Of a DNA stretch of 64,000 bases, positions 1 to 11,288 are shown piece by piece. The DNA is taken from positions 81,835-145,834 of the forward strand of contig CAWKGZ010000010.1 of assembly GCA_963849335.1 (NCBI GenBank). Reading direction: 5' to 3'. Under the pieces are notes generated by a model, which worked only from the letters and a program-made list of their open reading frames with translations, did not search any database and had not been told where the DNA came from. Source of the DNA: an uncultured Chloroflexia bacterium. GTDB lineage: Bacteria; Chloroflexota; Anaerolineae; Anaerolineales; UBA4823. Position 1 is the stretch's first letter, and each line of letters begins with the position of its first letter. Both the position numbers and the translations under genes were made by a program.

Positions 1-1344
1 GCTACTGATGTTTCCGATATCCTCTTTGGTACTCCAGCCCCCATCCTCGGGCAGGCCAACCTGGGCGTTCTCAAGGATGACATGGTCAATGTGGTTGTCC
101 ACGGCCATGAACCCACCCTCAGCCAGATGATCGTGGCAGCGTCTCAGATGCCGGATATCATCGAATACGCCCGTGCTGCCGGCGCCAAAGGCATCAACCT
201 CTCTGGCATCTGCTGCACCGCTAACGAGATCCTCATGCGCCAGGGCATTCCCGCAGCCGGCAATTTCCTCCATCAAGAACTGGCTATCCTTACCGGTGCA
301 GTTGAGGCCATGGTCGTCGACGTTCAATGCATCATGCAGGCGCTGGTTGATCTGGCAACCAATTTCCACACCATGATCATCACCACCTCTCCCAAGGTGC
401 GCATCAAGGGCGCTACCCACATTGAATTCGACGAGCACAAAGCGATGACCATCGCCAAGCAGATCCTGCGCACGGCGATCGATAACTACAAAAATCGCGG
501 TAAAATCCAAATCCCCGATATTCGCGAAGAACTGATCCCTGGCTTCTCCCACGAGTATATCAACTACATGCTTGGCGGCAGCTACCGTGCCTCCTTCCGC
601 CCTCTCAATGACGCCATCATGTCTGGTCGTATCCGTGGTGTTGCCGCCATCGTAGGCTGCAACAATCCCCGCAGCAAACAGGATTATCTCCACAACCATG
701 TTGCTATGGAATTGCTCAAACAAGATGTGTTGATTGTAGAGACCGGCTGCGGTGCCATCGCTGCAGCCAAGCTTGGGCTCATGTTGGGTGAAGCAGGTCT
801 GGAAAAAGTCGGCCCGGGTTTACGCGAAATCTGTGAAACCATTGGTATTCCACCCATCCTGCACATGGGCTCCTGTGTAGATAACACCCGCATCCTTACC
901 GTCCTTACCCAGATGGTGGAAGAAGGCGGTCTGGGCGATGATATCGATCAAATCCCAGCGGTTGGGTTGGCTCCAGAATGGATGAGTGAGAAGGCCTTAT
1001 CCATCGCCACCTATTGTGTGGCCTCAGGCGCCTATGTCATCTTTGGCGGTGCTTCCCCTGTCGGTGGCATGCCTGACCGGGTTTCCGATAGTGATATCGT
1101 CCTTCGTTATATCGGCTCGGGAGGTTGGGAAAAATTATACGGCGGCAAGCTGGAATTCATCCCTGATCCCGCTGAGATGATCCGCCTCACCCTCGAGCAC
1201 ATCGATAAGAAGCGCGCTGCCCTTGGTCTGCCCGTTTACGAATCCACCCGCTTCGGCCGCAGTGGTGATGCCCGCATGCTGGAGCTGGAAAGCCAGCCTC
1301 TGGCCGAGCGCCGCAAGAAGATCTACGGCGTAGCAGCCGACTAG
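1..1344 (+). CDS. cooS: Ni,Fe carbon monoxide dehydrogenase catalytic subunit (5' truncated by window edge)
   Basis: The frame is open from base 1 (ATDVSDILFGTP...). CODH C-cluster motifs are present: HGHEP, GICCTANE, DVQC, GCNN, TGCG, HMGSCVDN and PEWMSEKA. Confidence 0.95.
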   Translation, partial: ATDVSDILFGTPAPILGQANLGVLKDDMVNVVVHGHEPTLSQMIVAASQMPDIIEYARAAGAKGINLSGICCTANEILMRQGIPAAGNFLHQELAILTGAVEAMVVDVQCIMQALVDLATNFHTMIITTSPKVRIKGATHIEFDEHKAMTIAKQILRTAIDNYKNRGKIQIPDIREELIPGFSHEYINYMLGGSYRASFRPLNDAIMSGRIRGVAAIVGCNNPRSKQDYLHNHVAMELLKQDVLIVETGCGAIAAAKLGLMLGEAGLEKVGPGLREICETIGIPPILHMGSCVDNTRILTVLTQMVEEGGLGDDIDQIPAVGLAPEWMSEKALSIATYCVASGAYVIFGGASPVGGMPDRVSDSDIVLRYIGSGGWEKLYGGKLEFIPDPAEMIRLTLEHIDKKRAALGLPVYESTRFGRSGDARMLELESQPLAERRKKIYGVAAD

Positions 1345-1372
1345 ACCGCAAAGAAGATCGAGAGGTCAAACT

Positions 1373-3641
1373 ATGTCACGTTATATCGCTACCCGCGCCA
1401 TCCGTGGCGCCAACGCCCTGGTCACCGAAGCCGAGCTGATGCTGCACAAAGCGCTAACTGAAAAAGGCCCGGAAACCCTGGTTACTTTCCCCAATACCGC
1501 TTACTTCCTCCCGCTTATTAATGGCATGACCGGCATACAGATCGAAAAGCTAGGCCAACTCCCCATTGTGCTTGACCATGCCCGAGAACTGCTTCACCCG
1601 GTTCCATCCCAGAGACGCTGGACACCCTATCTTGGAGAAACTCTTGACAGCGGCATGGCCACCCTGCTTGCTGCGGAGACGATTGAGGCTGTCCGTTTCG
1701 TCTACGGGTTGCAGCCAGAGCCAATGGAGGGGATTTCCCTTGCCGGCAGCACAGCCTATGGAGGAGCCAATGGTCATGGTCACCTCAACGGCCCCATTGA
1801 TGATATCCGTCTGCGCGCCTGGGGCATTCAGTTGGTCGACGGGCGCATGCCCGGCTTTGCAGCCATCGTCGGTGCAGCCAAAAACAATCAAGTCGCCGTC
1901 CAAATCGTCCGTGAGCTGCAAAAACGCAACATCCTTACCTTCCTATCCGGCAATGTCAACGGGCGCAGCATCATCCACCAGCTTCAGGAAGAAGGTGTGG
2001 AGCTGGGATACGATACCTATACCGTCCCCTTTGGCACCGATACGATCTCAGCCATCTACGCCCTGGGCTTTGCTACTCGCTCCGCCCTCACCTTTGGTGG
2101 CTTGAAAGCCGGCCAGGCGCGGGAAATCCTGTTGTACAACCGCGAGCGCGTCTTTGCCTTCGTCCTGGCGCTCGGCGAAGTAGATGATCTCAAGTACGCT
2201 GCTGCTGCTGGCGCGATCAACTTTGGCTTCCCCGTTATTGCTGATACCGTCATCCCCGAGATTCTCCCCACCGGCGTCACCACTTACGAACACGTGGTCA
2301 GCCTGCCGTTTGAAGAAATCGATGGCAAGGATGATCTGGAAAAAGCCGAGCGTCTTGTGCAAAAGTGCATCGAGGTACGCGGGGTTAAGATCAAGATGAC
2401 CGAAGTACCGGTCCCTGTTCCTTACGGCTCCGCCTTCGAAGGTGAGGTTGTCCGTCGCAATGACATGCGCATCGAATTTGGCGGTAAGCATGCCCGCTGC
2501 TTTGAATACCTCTCTATGGCTCCACTCGAAGATGTTGTCGACGGCAAAGTTGAAGTGGTAGGCCCCGGCCTTGATACCATCCCGTCCCAGGGCTACATGG
2601 ATATGGCCATCGTAGTCAAGGTTGCTGGTCGCCAGATGCAGCAAGACTTCGAACCCGTCCTCGAGCGCCAGATCCACTACTTCGTCAACGGCGCTTCAGG
2701 CATCCAGCACATAGGCCAACGTGATATCGCCTGGATTCGCATTTCAAACGCCGCCGCCGACAAAGGTTTCAACCTAGAGCACTTTGGTAAGATCCTGCAT
2801 GCCCGCTTCCACGCCGATTTCGGCGCCATCGTAGACAAAGTCCAGGTTACCATCTACACTGATCTACCACAGGTCGAAGAATGGCTGACCAAGGCTCGAA
2901 CCGCGTACGATTTCCGCAACAAACGCCTGGCTGACTTGACTGATGACAAGGTAGAAGAGTTCTATTCCTGTACCTTATGCCAATCCTTTGCCCCTAACCA
3001 TGTCTGCGTCGTTAGCCCCGAGCGCCTCGGCCTATGCGGTGCTTACAACTGGCTGGACTGCAAAGCTTCCTTTAGCATCAACCCTACCGGTCCCAATCAG
3101 CCCATCAAGCTAGGCAAGGTCATTGATCCTGCCAAGGGGTATTGGACCGGCACCAATGATTACGCCAAAGTAGGCTCACATGGACAGGTCAACGATGTCT
3201 CCATGTACTCCATCATGGAAAATCCCATGACCGCCTGTGGCTGCTTCGAGTGCATTGTCATGCTTATCCCTGAAGCCAACGGAGTGATGGTTGTTTCCCG
3301 CGAAGATCCCAGCATGACCCCGGCGGGCATGACCTTCAGCACCCTGGCTGGCATCGCCGGTGGTGGTTTACAGACCCCAGGCGTTATGGGTGTTGGGAAA
3401 TATTACCTCACCAGCCCCAAGTTCATCTCTGCCGATGGTGGCTTCAAGCGAGTCGTCTGGATGAGCAGCGTGCTTAAAGATATGATGGCTGAAGAATTCA
3501 AAGCCGTCGCAATTCGTGAAGGCGACCCCGACCTGATCGAAAAAATTGCTGACGAACGCAACGTGACCGCTGTCGACGAGCTGTTAGTTTGGATGGAAGA
3601 ACATGCTCACCCGGTGCTCGTCGATGGAATCTATGTTCTAA
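1373..3641 (+). CDS. acsB: Acetyl-CoA synthase (bacterial-type ACS); apparent +1 insertion near 3620
   Basis: A-cluster motifs SCTLCQSFAPNHVC..PER.GLCGA and PMTACGCFE are present. Removing one base near 3620 gives the typical C-terminus HPVLSMESMF and a TAA at 3639-3641. Confidence 0.92.
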
Positions 3642-3658
3642 CCCTAAGGAGAGCGAAT

Positions 3659-4630
3659 ATGCCTGTAGAGATACCAAAAGACACCTGGCCTGGTACTGTC
3701 CGAGCCGTTACCCTGGGCGCTACGGTTGCCCAAGGGGGGACGCGGAAAACCACCGTTACCGTGGGTGGTGAAAAAGCGTTACCCTTCCTCAATTTCGAAC
3801 AGCCAATGCCTAATAAACCGGTTGTTGCCATCGAAATTCGCGATCGCCGCCCCGAAGACTGGTCGTCCCTGCTCTTGCAAACCTGGGGCGAGGCTACAAA
3901 GGATCCAGCTCAATGGGCGAAAGCAGCCGAGGATGCTGGGGCTGACCTGATCCAGCTTGGTCTTAGCCTGAATGACAGCACGGGCACTCCAACCTCCCCC
4001 GAGGCAGCCGTCCAAACCGTCAAGGCAGTCCTGGCTGCCACTGGATTGCCCCTCATTGTTTTCGGCCCCGGTCAAACAGAGGCGGATAATAACTTGCTCG
4101 TTCCGATTGCTGAAGCCACCAAGGGTGAGCGGCTTGTCCTAGGCATCTGCGAGGATAAGAACTACCGTACCATTGTCGCTGCCTCCATGGCCAATGGCCA
4201 CCTGGTCAATGCCCGCACTCCGATGGATGTGAACCTGGCAAAACAGCTCAACATCCTGATCAGTGATATGGGTATGCCCCTTGATCGCATCCTGATGGAT
4301 CCAACCACCGGCGCTTTGGGCTATGGCATTGAGTATGGATACTCCGCCATGGAACGCCTGCGTCTGGCTGCCTTGCAAGGCGATAGCATGACCCAATTAC
4401 CCATGTTGGTAACCCCTGGCTTCGAAGCCTGGAAGACCAAAGAAGCCAAGGTTGAGCTGGGCGTGCCTGCCGCCTGGGGAGACTGGGCTGAACGCTCCAT
4501 CCATTGGGAAACCCTCACCGCCCTCGCATTGATCGAAGCCGGTGCGGATATCATTGTACTCCGCCACCCCGAAAGCCTGCGGCGGGTCAAGCTTGCCATT
4601 GCGGATCTGGCCAACACGCCAGCCGCTTGA
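3659..4630 (+). CDS. acsD: Corrinoid iron-sulfur protein small subunit
   Basis: It has its own SD (AAGGAG, 3646-3651) and an ATG at 3659. Motifs include TVGGEKALPF, DVNLAKQLN, MDPTTGALGYGIEY, MERLRLAALQGD and LRHPES. Confidence 0.92.
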   Translation: MPVEIPKDTWPGTVRAVTLGATVAQGGTRKTTVTVGGEKALPFLNFEQPMPNKPVVAIEIRDRRPEDWSSLLLQTWGEATKDPAQWAKAAEDAGADLIQLGLSLNDSTGTPTSPEAAVQTVKAVLAATGLPLIVFGPGQTEADNNLLVPIAEATKGERLVLGICEDKNYRTIVAASMANGHLVNARTPMDVNLAKQLNILISDMGMPLDRILMDPTTGALGYGIEYGYSAMERLRLAALQGDSMTQLPMLVTPGFEAWKTKEAKVELGVPAAWGDWAERSIHWETLTALALIEAGADIIVLRHPESLRRVKLAIADLANTPAA

Positions 4631-4656
4631 TACGCAGACATTCAGGAGATCATCCT

Positions 4657-5997
4657 ATGGCTCTTAGTGGCATTCAAATCTACAAGTTACTTCCGCAAAC
4701 CAACTGTAAAGAGTGTGGTTTCCCCACCTGCCTGGCCTTTGCCATGAAACTGGCTGCAAAGCAGGTCGAACTGTCTGCCTGCCCCTACGTCAGCGAGACA
4801 TCCAAAACTCAGCTGGCCGAGTCGGCTGCCCCGCCCATCCGCCTTGTCACCCTCAAGGCAAATGGCTTTGAAGTCAAAGCGGGCAATGAAGTGGTACTCT
4901 TTAGGCATGACAAGACATTTTATAACAAACCGGGCATGTTCATCCGCATCTACGATGATACACCGCTCGACGATGTCCAGGCGAAGGTCAAAGCCGCCGA
5001 TAGCTATGCAGTTAACTATGTCGGTATGGATCTGACCCTGGATGGTTTCGGTGTGGCTTCCCGCGCCGGCAATCCTCAAGCCTTTGCTGCAGCTGTCTCG
5101 GCAGTCCGTTCAGTTAGTAAACGCCCTCTCATATTGATGAGCCGTGATCCCGCCATCATGGCTGCCGGACTCAGTGTTCTCTCCAACGAAATCCCACTGA
5201 TCTATGGCGCAGATGCATCGAATCTGGATGCATTTATCGATCTGGCTGTAAAATATAAGGCTCCCCTGGGCGTTCTGGCGTCTGATCTGGATACCATGGC
5301 CGACCTGACCGAAAAGATCAAGGCCAAAGGGGTGGAAGACTTGGTTCTCGATCCTGGTGGACGCGAACTTGGCACTGGCCTGGCTCTTGGGACTCAAATC
5401 CGTCGCCTTGCTGTGAAAAAGAACTTCCGCTCTCTCGGGTATCCGGTTATCGCCTTCCCCGGTGATGCAGCCGAATCAGGGTTGGAAGCTATTGCCGCCG
5501 CGCAGGCACTCGCCAAGTATGCCGGATTTATCGTACTGGATACGTTCACGCCATCCATGGCTTACCCCCTGTTGGTGCTGCGCCAGAACATCTACACCGA
5601 CCCCCAAAAACCGATCCAGGTTCAGCCGGGGATTTACGAGATCAATGCTCCCAAGCCGACAGATCCGGTATTGGTCACTACCAACTTCAGCATCACCTAC
5701 TTCAGCGTTGCGAATGAAGTTGAAGGTTCGGGGCTTCCTGCCTGGCTGCTGGTTACGGATGCCGAGGGCATGAGTGTTCTCACCGCCTGGGCGGCAGGGA
5801 AGTTTGACGCCGAAAGGATTGCCAAGGCAGTCAAGGCCTTCAACGTCGCCGATAAAGTCAGCCGTAAACGCCTGGTTCTGCCTGGTCATGTGGCCGTCCT
5901 CTCCGGTGAGTTGGAAGCAGAATTACCCGATTGGGAAATCCGGGTTGGCCCACGCGAAGCTGTCGATCTGCCCGGTTTCATGAAACAAGCTCTGTAA
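4657..5997 (+). CDS. acsC: Corrinoid iron-sulfur protein large subunit
   Basis: SD AGGAG precedes MALSGIQIYKLLPQTNCKECGFPTCLAFA. Other motifs are IYTDPQKP, VTTNFSITYF and SVLTAWAAGKF. Confidence 0.95.
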   Translation: MALSGIQIYKLLPQTNCKECGFPTCLAFAMKLAAKQVELSACPYVSETSKTQLAESAAPPIRLVTLKANGFEVKAGNEVVLFRHDKTFYNKPGMFIRIYDDTPLDDVQAKVKAADSYAVNYVGMDLTLDGFGVASRAGNPQAFAAAVSAVRSVSKRPLILMSRDPAIMAAGLSVLSNEIPLIYGADASNLDAFIDLAVKYKAPLGVLASDLDTMADLTEKIKAKGVEDLVLDPGGRELGTGLALGTQIRRLAVKKNFRSLGYPVIAFPGDAAESGLEAIAAAQALAKYAGFIVLDTFTPSMAYPLLVLRQNIYTDPQKPIQVQPGIYEINAPKPTDPVLVTTNFSITYFSVANEVEGSGLPAWLLVTDAEGMSVLTAWAAGKFDAERIAKAVKAFNVADKVSRKRLVLPGHVAVLSGELEAELPDWEIRVGPREAVDLPGFMKQAL

Positions 5998-6017
5998 CCA
6001 TTAATTCGCTGGATTGG

Positions 6018-7988
6018 ATGACCGAACATACGGTTACATTCGATATTGCCCGCCAGGCAGTGTGTGTCCCCACCGGCACGCTGCTGAGTGAAGCCGCGCG
6101 CCTGGCGGGCGTTGAGATTGCCCAACCGTGTGGCGGTCAAGGTCGCTGTGGGCGCTGTGCTGTTCAGGTCACATCCGGGGAGGTCCGCAGGCGCAGCTCA
6201 CTCCGGCTTTCCCCGGACGACATTGCCAGGGGATTTGCCCTCGCCTGTCAGTCAGTGGTTGAAGGCGACCTGTGGGTCTCTGTTCCTCCTCAGGAAAAGA
6301 TCGAGCGCCGCCTCACATCTGATCGTACTGCCCTGGAGATCCCGGTCCCCACAGATTATGACCCTGGGTATCACCAATCCCTTCGTCGCTGGTTGCTCAC
6401 CCTGTCCCCACCCCGCCTGGATGACCAGACGGATGACTTGAGTCGTCTCCAAACTGCTTTACGCCAGCAGACCAGGGTTGAGAATCTCCAAATCTCTCTA
6501 CCCCTGCTCCAAAAACTTGGATCCATCCTCCGCCAGGGTGACTGGCTGGTCACAGCCATCCTCGATGCCCAGATTGAGCTGGATGGCAATCGCAAGTCCG
6601 AACGCCTGATAGCTCTCCTGCCTGGTCACCAGGCTGAATATGATCCTCTGTGGGGTGTTGCTATTGATATTGGCACCACCACGGTCACCTGTTGGTTGAC
6701 TGACCTTGCTACCGGCGAAGTGAAAGCGCAGGTTGCCGAGTATAATGATCAGATTGCCCGCGGTGAAGATGTCATCTCCCGCATCATATTTGCTTCCAAT
6801 GATACCGGTCGCCAGGAGCTTCAACAGCGTGTGTTAGGCACCATCAACTCATTGATTGAACGAGCCTGCCAACGCATTCAGGTAGATCCCAACGAGATAT
6901 ATAAAGCCACCATCGCTGGCAACAGTACCATGACCCATTTGTTGTTGGGCATCCCTGCCACCAGTATCCGCCTGTCGCCTTTTGTTACTGGTCTAAACCA
7001 GGCGCCGCTCCTGACCGCCCATCAGGTGGATTTGGCCATCCATCCCGATGCCACTGTCGACTGCTTGCCAGGGGTCGCCAGCTATGTAGGGTCAGACATC
7101 AGTGCCGGAGTGCTTGCTTGCCGTATGGATGAAACGGACAAGCTGACCCTATTCTTAGATGTAGGCACCAACGGTGAAACCGTACTCGGCAGCCGTGAAT
7201 GGCTGGTTACCTGCGCATGCTCCGCTGGACCTGCCTTTGAAGGTGCTGGTGTGCAATTCGGTATGCGCGCCACGAAAGGCGCCATTGAGGAAGTTTGGGT
7301 CTCTGGTCCCGACGCAGCGAATCCTTATCAGCCTTCCTATCGTGTCATTGGTGGTTCAAAACCGCGCGGTATTTGCGGCAGTGGATTAATCTCCCTGCTC
7401 GCCGAGATGTTCCTTACTGGCCTGGTAGATAAAAGCGGCAACATCAATCTTACTTTGGCTTCCACCAACCCTCGGATTCGCTCTGGAGAGCACGGCCCAG
7501 AATACGTAGTCGTCTGGGGCAGCGACACTGAGCACGGTAAAGATATCGCCGTTACAGTCGTGGATATCGACAATCTCAAACGAGCCAAAGCCGCCATATA
7601 TGCCGGCTTTACAGTATTAGCCCAAAGCGTCGGCGTACCTCTTGAATTGGTCGATCAGGTTCTGATCGGTGGTTCATTTGGCAAATACATAAATGTTGAA
7701 AAGGCTGTCCAGATCGGCCTGTTGCCGGATATGCCCTGGGAACGTTTCCAGTTCTTGGGCAATACCTCCGTCCAGGGTGCATACTATGCTTTGCTGGATT
7801 GGCGTAACCGCCAGCGGGTCAGTGATATCGCCGCCTCGATGACTTACATCGAGCTTTCAGCCGATAACACCTTCTATGAAGCCTTTATGTCAGCCATGTT
7901 CTTACCTCACACCGACCTGGAGAGTTTTCCTAGCGTGGCAGCCGCCATGCTCAAGCCTCCATTGCTTGAAACAAGTCCACCAGTATGA
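6018..7988 (+). CDS. acsV: Reductive activator of corrinoid protein (RACo/AcsV; 2Fe-2S plus ASKHA domains)
   Basis: N-terminal CGGQGRCGRC...LACQ. ASKHA motifs DIGTTT, GEDVISRI, DVGTNGE, CSAGPAFEG and GICGSG. Confidence 0.9.
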   Translation: MTEHTVTFDIARQAVCVPTGTLLSEAARLAGVEIAQPCGGQGRCGRCAVQVTSGEVRRRSSLRLSPDDIARGFALACQSVVEGDLWVSVPPQEKIERRLTSDRTALEIPVPTDYDPGYHQSLRRWLLTLSPPRLDDQTDDLSRLQTALRQQTRVENLQISLPLLQKLGSILRQGDWLVTAILDAQIELDGNRKSERLIALLPGHQAEYDPLWGVAIDIGTTTVTCWLTDLATGEVKAQVAEYNDQIARGEDVISRIIFASNDTGRQELQQRVLGTINSLIERACQRIQVDPNEIYKATIAGNSTMTHLLLGIPATSIRLSPFVTGLNQAPLLTAHQVDLAIHPDATVDCLPGVASYVGSDISAGVLACRMDETDKLTLFLDVGTNGETVLGSREWLVTCACSAGPAFEGAGVQFGMRATKGAIEEVWVSGPDAANPYQPSYRVIGGSKPRGICGSGLISLLAEMFLTGLVDKSGNINLTLASTNPRIRSGEHGPEYVVVWGSDTEHGKDIAVTVVDIDNLKRAKAAIYAGFTVLAQSVGVPLELVDQVLIGGSFGKYINVEKAVQIGLLPDMPWERFQFLGNTSVQGAYYALLDWRNRQRVSDIAASMTYIELSADNTFYEAFMSAMFLPHTDLESFPSVAAAMLKPPLLETSPPV

Positions 7989-8043
7989 TCTAACTACCAC
8001 CAATTACGGTTCTTAATCAGACAATTAAATCTAAGGAGATCCT

Positions 8044-8967
8044 ATGTATATTATTGGCGAAAACATCCATATACTTTCAGACAAAGTCAAGGAAGCCCTC
8101 AAGAACAGGGATGGTCGTTTCTTTCAGGAGCTGGCTGTCATGCAAGTCGAAGCCGGCGCTCAAGCGGTAGACCTCAACATGGGCCCTCGTAAAGCTGACT
8201 GGGCAGAAATTTTCCCCTGGATGACCGAGCTCGTTGAGGCTGTTGTGGACGTCCCCCTTTGCTTTGACAGCACCAACCTCCTCGGTATTGAGGCTGGGCT
8301 GAAGAAGATCACCAAAGCCCAGCCAATCATCAACTCCACCTCCGCTGAACCGGAGCGCCTGGAGAAAGTCCCCCTGATTGCCAAGCAGTACAACGCACGG
8401 CTCGTCGCCCTGACCCTCACCCCCAGTGGCATCCCCATTGCCGCTGATGAGCGTGTGAACATCGCCGTTGAAAAACTGATCCCGCGTATGGACGAAATCG
8501 GCTTCCCCATGCAAGATCTGATCATCGATCCCCTTGTGTTGACCGTATCCGGCTGTCAGCAATACTGCCCACACCTGATCGACGCCGTTCGAACCCTCCC
8601 CTACGCCTGGGATCCTGCGCCTGCGATTTCTGTCGGTCTTTCCAATGTATCCAATGCCGTGCCTCGCGAAGACCGCCCCCTGATCAACCGCGTTTACTGC
8701 GCCATGCTGATGGGTGCAGGTCTTCAAATGATGATTGCAGATCCATTAGACGAAGACCTTAAAACCACGATCCGGGTTATTGAGCAGCGCGATCAAACTA
8801 CCCCTCTCGCCCGCCTTTACTTGAAGATTGCCGACCGGATCGCTGCGATGGAAGAACCCATGCTCGAAGATATTGATCTGTCGGATCCAGAGCAGGCTGC
8901 AATCTGGAAAACCGTTCAAATTCTTCTCAACAAAGTCATCTATGCGGATGGCTATTTACAGCAATAA
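8044..8967 (+). CDS. acsE: Methyltetrahydrofolate:corrinoid/FeS protein methyltransferase
   Basis: Pterin-binding family motifs IIGENI, DST, IINSTSA, IDPLVL and GLSNVSN, located within the acs cluster. Confidence 0.9.
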   Translation: MYIIGENIHILSDKVKEALKNRDGRFFQELAVMQVEAGAQAVDLNMGPRKADWAEIFPWMTELVEAVVDVPLCFDSTNLLGIEAGLKKITKAQPIINSTSAEPERLEKVPLIAKQYNARLVALTLTPSGIPIAADERVNIAVEKLIPRMDEIGFPMQDLIIDPLVLTVSGCQQYCPHLIDAVRTLPYAWDPAPAISVGLSNVSNAVPREDRPLINRVYCAMLMGAGLQMMIADPLDEDLKTTIRVIEQRDQTTPLARLYLKIADRIAAMEEPMLEDIDLSDPEQAAIWKTVQILLNKVIYADGYLQQ

Positions 8968-8978
8968 GGAGATGCGTT

Positions 8979-10334
8979 ATGACCATACAAAGCCCCATCA
9001 ACATTGACGCTTTGCTCGCCAAAGCCAAGAAACCTTCAGCAGATGCGATGGTGCTGCACCCCTTCTACCGGGGTAAAGTTGAGACTGCCCTCAAGTGTTG
9101 CGTTCGCGATTTCAACGACTTTGCCATCTGGTACACCCCGGGGGTAGCCGCACCGTGCCGCGCCATTGCTGAGGATCCCGAAAAAGTGTACGAATATACC
9201 AACAAATGGAACACGGTGGCTGTTATCAGTGATGGCACCCGCGTGCTCGGTTTGGGCGATATTGGCCCCAAGGCGGGCTTACCGGTTATGGAGGGGAAAG
9301 CGCTGCTCTATAAATACCTGGGCGGCGTGGATGGTGTCGCCATCATGCTTGATACTAAAGACCCCGATGCGATCATTAATACCACCCTGCTGCTCCAACC
9401 GGGCATTGGCGGTGTTAACCTGGAAGATATTTCCAACCCCAAGTGCTTTTACATCCTTGACACCCTGCGCGAGAAAGCTGAAATCCCCATCTGGCACGAT
9501 GACCAGCAAGGCACCGCTACGGTCACCCTGGCTGGCTTTATCAATGCCCTAAAAGTGGTGAACAAGAAGATCAACGATGTCAAGATCACCTTCATTGGTG
9601 CTGGCGCCTCTAATGTTGCTATCTCCCGCCTGATCTTCAGCGCCGGTGCAGATCCGGCGAAATGTTTTGTCGTCGATAGCAAGGGTATCATGGGCAAGCA
9701 TCGCAGAGATATCGAAATGCGTAAAGCAGAATATGTGGACAAATGGAAATTGTGCAACATCACCAACGCTGAAGGTCGCGAAGGCAACATTCCCGATGCC
9801 ATCAAGGGCGCGGATGTTGTCATTGCCCTTTCTAAGTCTGGTCCAGGCGTCATCCTGCCCGAATGGATCGAGACCATGGCCAAGGATTCCATTGTCTTTG
9901 CTTGCGCCAACCCGGTTCCTGAGATTTGGCCCTGGGAGGCCAAAGCTGCCGGAGCTACAGTTGTCGCCACGGGGCGCTCGGACTTTGACAACCAGGTGAA
10001 CAATTCCCTGGGTTTCCCCGGCATCTTTCGCGGTACGCTGGATGTGCGTGCTCGCACCATTACCGATGAGATGTGCTTCGCGGCGGCCAAAGCCCTGGCC
10101 GATCACATCGGTAGTAACCTGAGTGAGAATCAAATCCTGCCGACCATGGATGACTGGGAAATCTTCCCCCGCGAAGCTGCCGCAGTCGCAGTCAAAGCCC
10201 AGGAACAGGGCCTCGCACGCATTTCGATTTCCTATGAGGATGAGTTCAAGCAAGCCATGGATATCATTTCACGGTCGCGCAATCTGACCCAGATGATGAT
10301 GAAAGATGGCTTCATCGCTGAAGCTCCCGTCTAA
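8979..10334 (+). CDS. Malic enzyme (NAD(P)-dependent, single-domain type)
   Basis: Motifs [48 protein letters not shown] and [12 protein letters not shown]. Confidence 0.93.
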   Translation: MTIQSPINIDALLAKAKKPSADAMVLHPFYRGKVETALKCCVRDFNDFAIWYTPGVAAPCRAIAEDPEKVYEYTNKWNTVAVISDGTRVLGLGDIGPKAGLPVMEGKALLYKYLGGVDGVAIMLDTKDPDAIINTTLLLQPGIGGVNLEDISNPKCFYILDTLREKAEIPIWHDDQQGTATVTLAGFINALKVVNKKINDVKITFIGAGASNVAISRLIFSAGADPAKCFVVDSKGIMGKHRRDIEMRKAEYVDKWKLCNITNAEGREGNIPDAIKGADVVIALSKSGPGVILPEWIETMAKDSIVFACANPVPEIWPWEAKAAGATVVATGRSDFDNQVNNSLGFPGIFRGTLDVRARTITDEMCFAAAKALADHIGSNLSENQILPTMDDWEIFPREAAAVAVKAQEQGLARISISYEDEFKQAMDIISRSRNLTQMMMKDGFIAEAPV

Positions 10335-10368
10335 ACCTGCCCAATATCAGAAAATGTCGAGGTGAATT

Positions 10369-11274
10369 ATGTATGATCTAATTGTAGTCGGTGGTGGTCC
10401 TGCAGGATTAACCGCAGCCATTTATGCCATTCGAAAACGCTTGAATATCCTTCTGGTCACACGCGACCTGGGTGGGAAAACGAATTTCCGCCTGGCCTTA
10501 CCCTGGGTCGAAGATTACCAGGTGATCCGCGGTTTAGAAATTGTCAACAAATTCAAGAGTGAATTAGAATATCTGGAATTTGCCCGCCACATGGAACCGG
10601 TAGACAAGATCTCCCGCCGCCCGGATGGTTTCGCAGTTCAAACCCGCGGTGGTGGCGAATTATCTACCAAAGCTGTGATCATCGCTACCGGCACCAAACA
10701 GCAGCGCTTGAACGTCCCCGGTGAAAAAGAATTCATGATGCGCGGCCTGTGTTACTCTGCCCTCAGCTATGCGCCTCTCTTTATTGATCGTGAAGTGGCG
10801 GTGATTGGGGATGGAGAATTGGCCCAGCGCTCCACCGCTGAGCTTGCGACTGTCGCTAAAAAAGCCACTTTGATCTGCCCATGCGACACCCTGCCGTTTA
10901 CCTCAGTCACAAAACGATTGGAATCCTCCGCCAATGTCACCATCCTCACCGGGCACCAGGTAGTCGATATCAAGGGTGATGACTACGCCAAATCCCTGGT
11001 GGTGCGTGACAGGCAGGGGAAAACTACAGAGCTGCCCGCCGAAGGCACCTTCGTTGAAATGGCTCTGGTTCCCAACTCCCAGATTGTAGCTGACTTTGTC
11101 GCCCTGGACGAGCAGAAGCGTATCATCATCGATTGCGGCAACCATACCAGTGTTCCCGGTATCTTTGCTGCCGGGGATGTAACCAACACGTACGCTGAAC
11201 AGGTCTTGGTTGCTGTCGGCGAAGGCGCCAAAGCGGCTCTCAGCGCGTACGATTATCTGCTTACCTTACCATAA
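10369..11274 (+). CDS. Thioredoxin-reductase-like FAD oxidoreductase lacking the CxxC motif
   Basis: Motifs GGGPAG, IIATG and FAAGDVT..Q..AVGEG. The canonical CATC position reads SALS (10756-10767). Confidence 0.8.
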   Translation: MYDLIVVGGGPAGLTAAIYAIRKRLNILLVTRDLGGKTNFRLALPWVEDYQVIRGLEIVNKFKSELEYLEFARHMEPVDKISRRPDGFAVQTRGGGELSTKAVIIATGTKQQRLNVPGEKEFMMRGLCYSALSYAPLFIDREVAVIGDGELAQRSTAELATVAKKATLICPCDTLPFTSVTKRLESSANVTILTGHQVVDIKGDDYAKSLVVRDRQGKTTELPAEGTFVEMALVPNSQIVADFVALDEQKRIIIDCGNHTSVPGIFAAGDVTNTYAEQVLVAVGEGAKAALSAYDYLLTLP

Positions 11275-11288
11275 ATAGTTTCCAAACC

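Noticed and set aside
1373..4630. Apparent novel 1085 aa AcsB-AcsD fusion protein
   Set aside because: The +1 frame at 3621 gives the normal ACS ending (SMESMF*, TAA 3639-3641), and acsD has its own SD and ATG at 3659. A single extra base explains the fusion. It would be real only if reads confirm that base.
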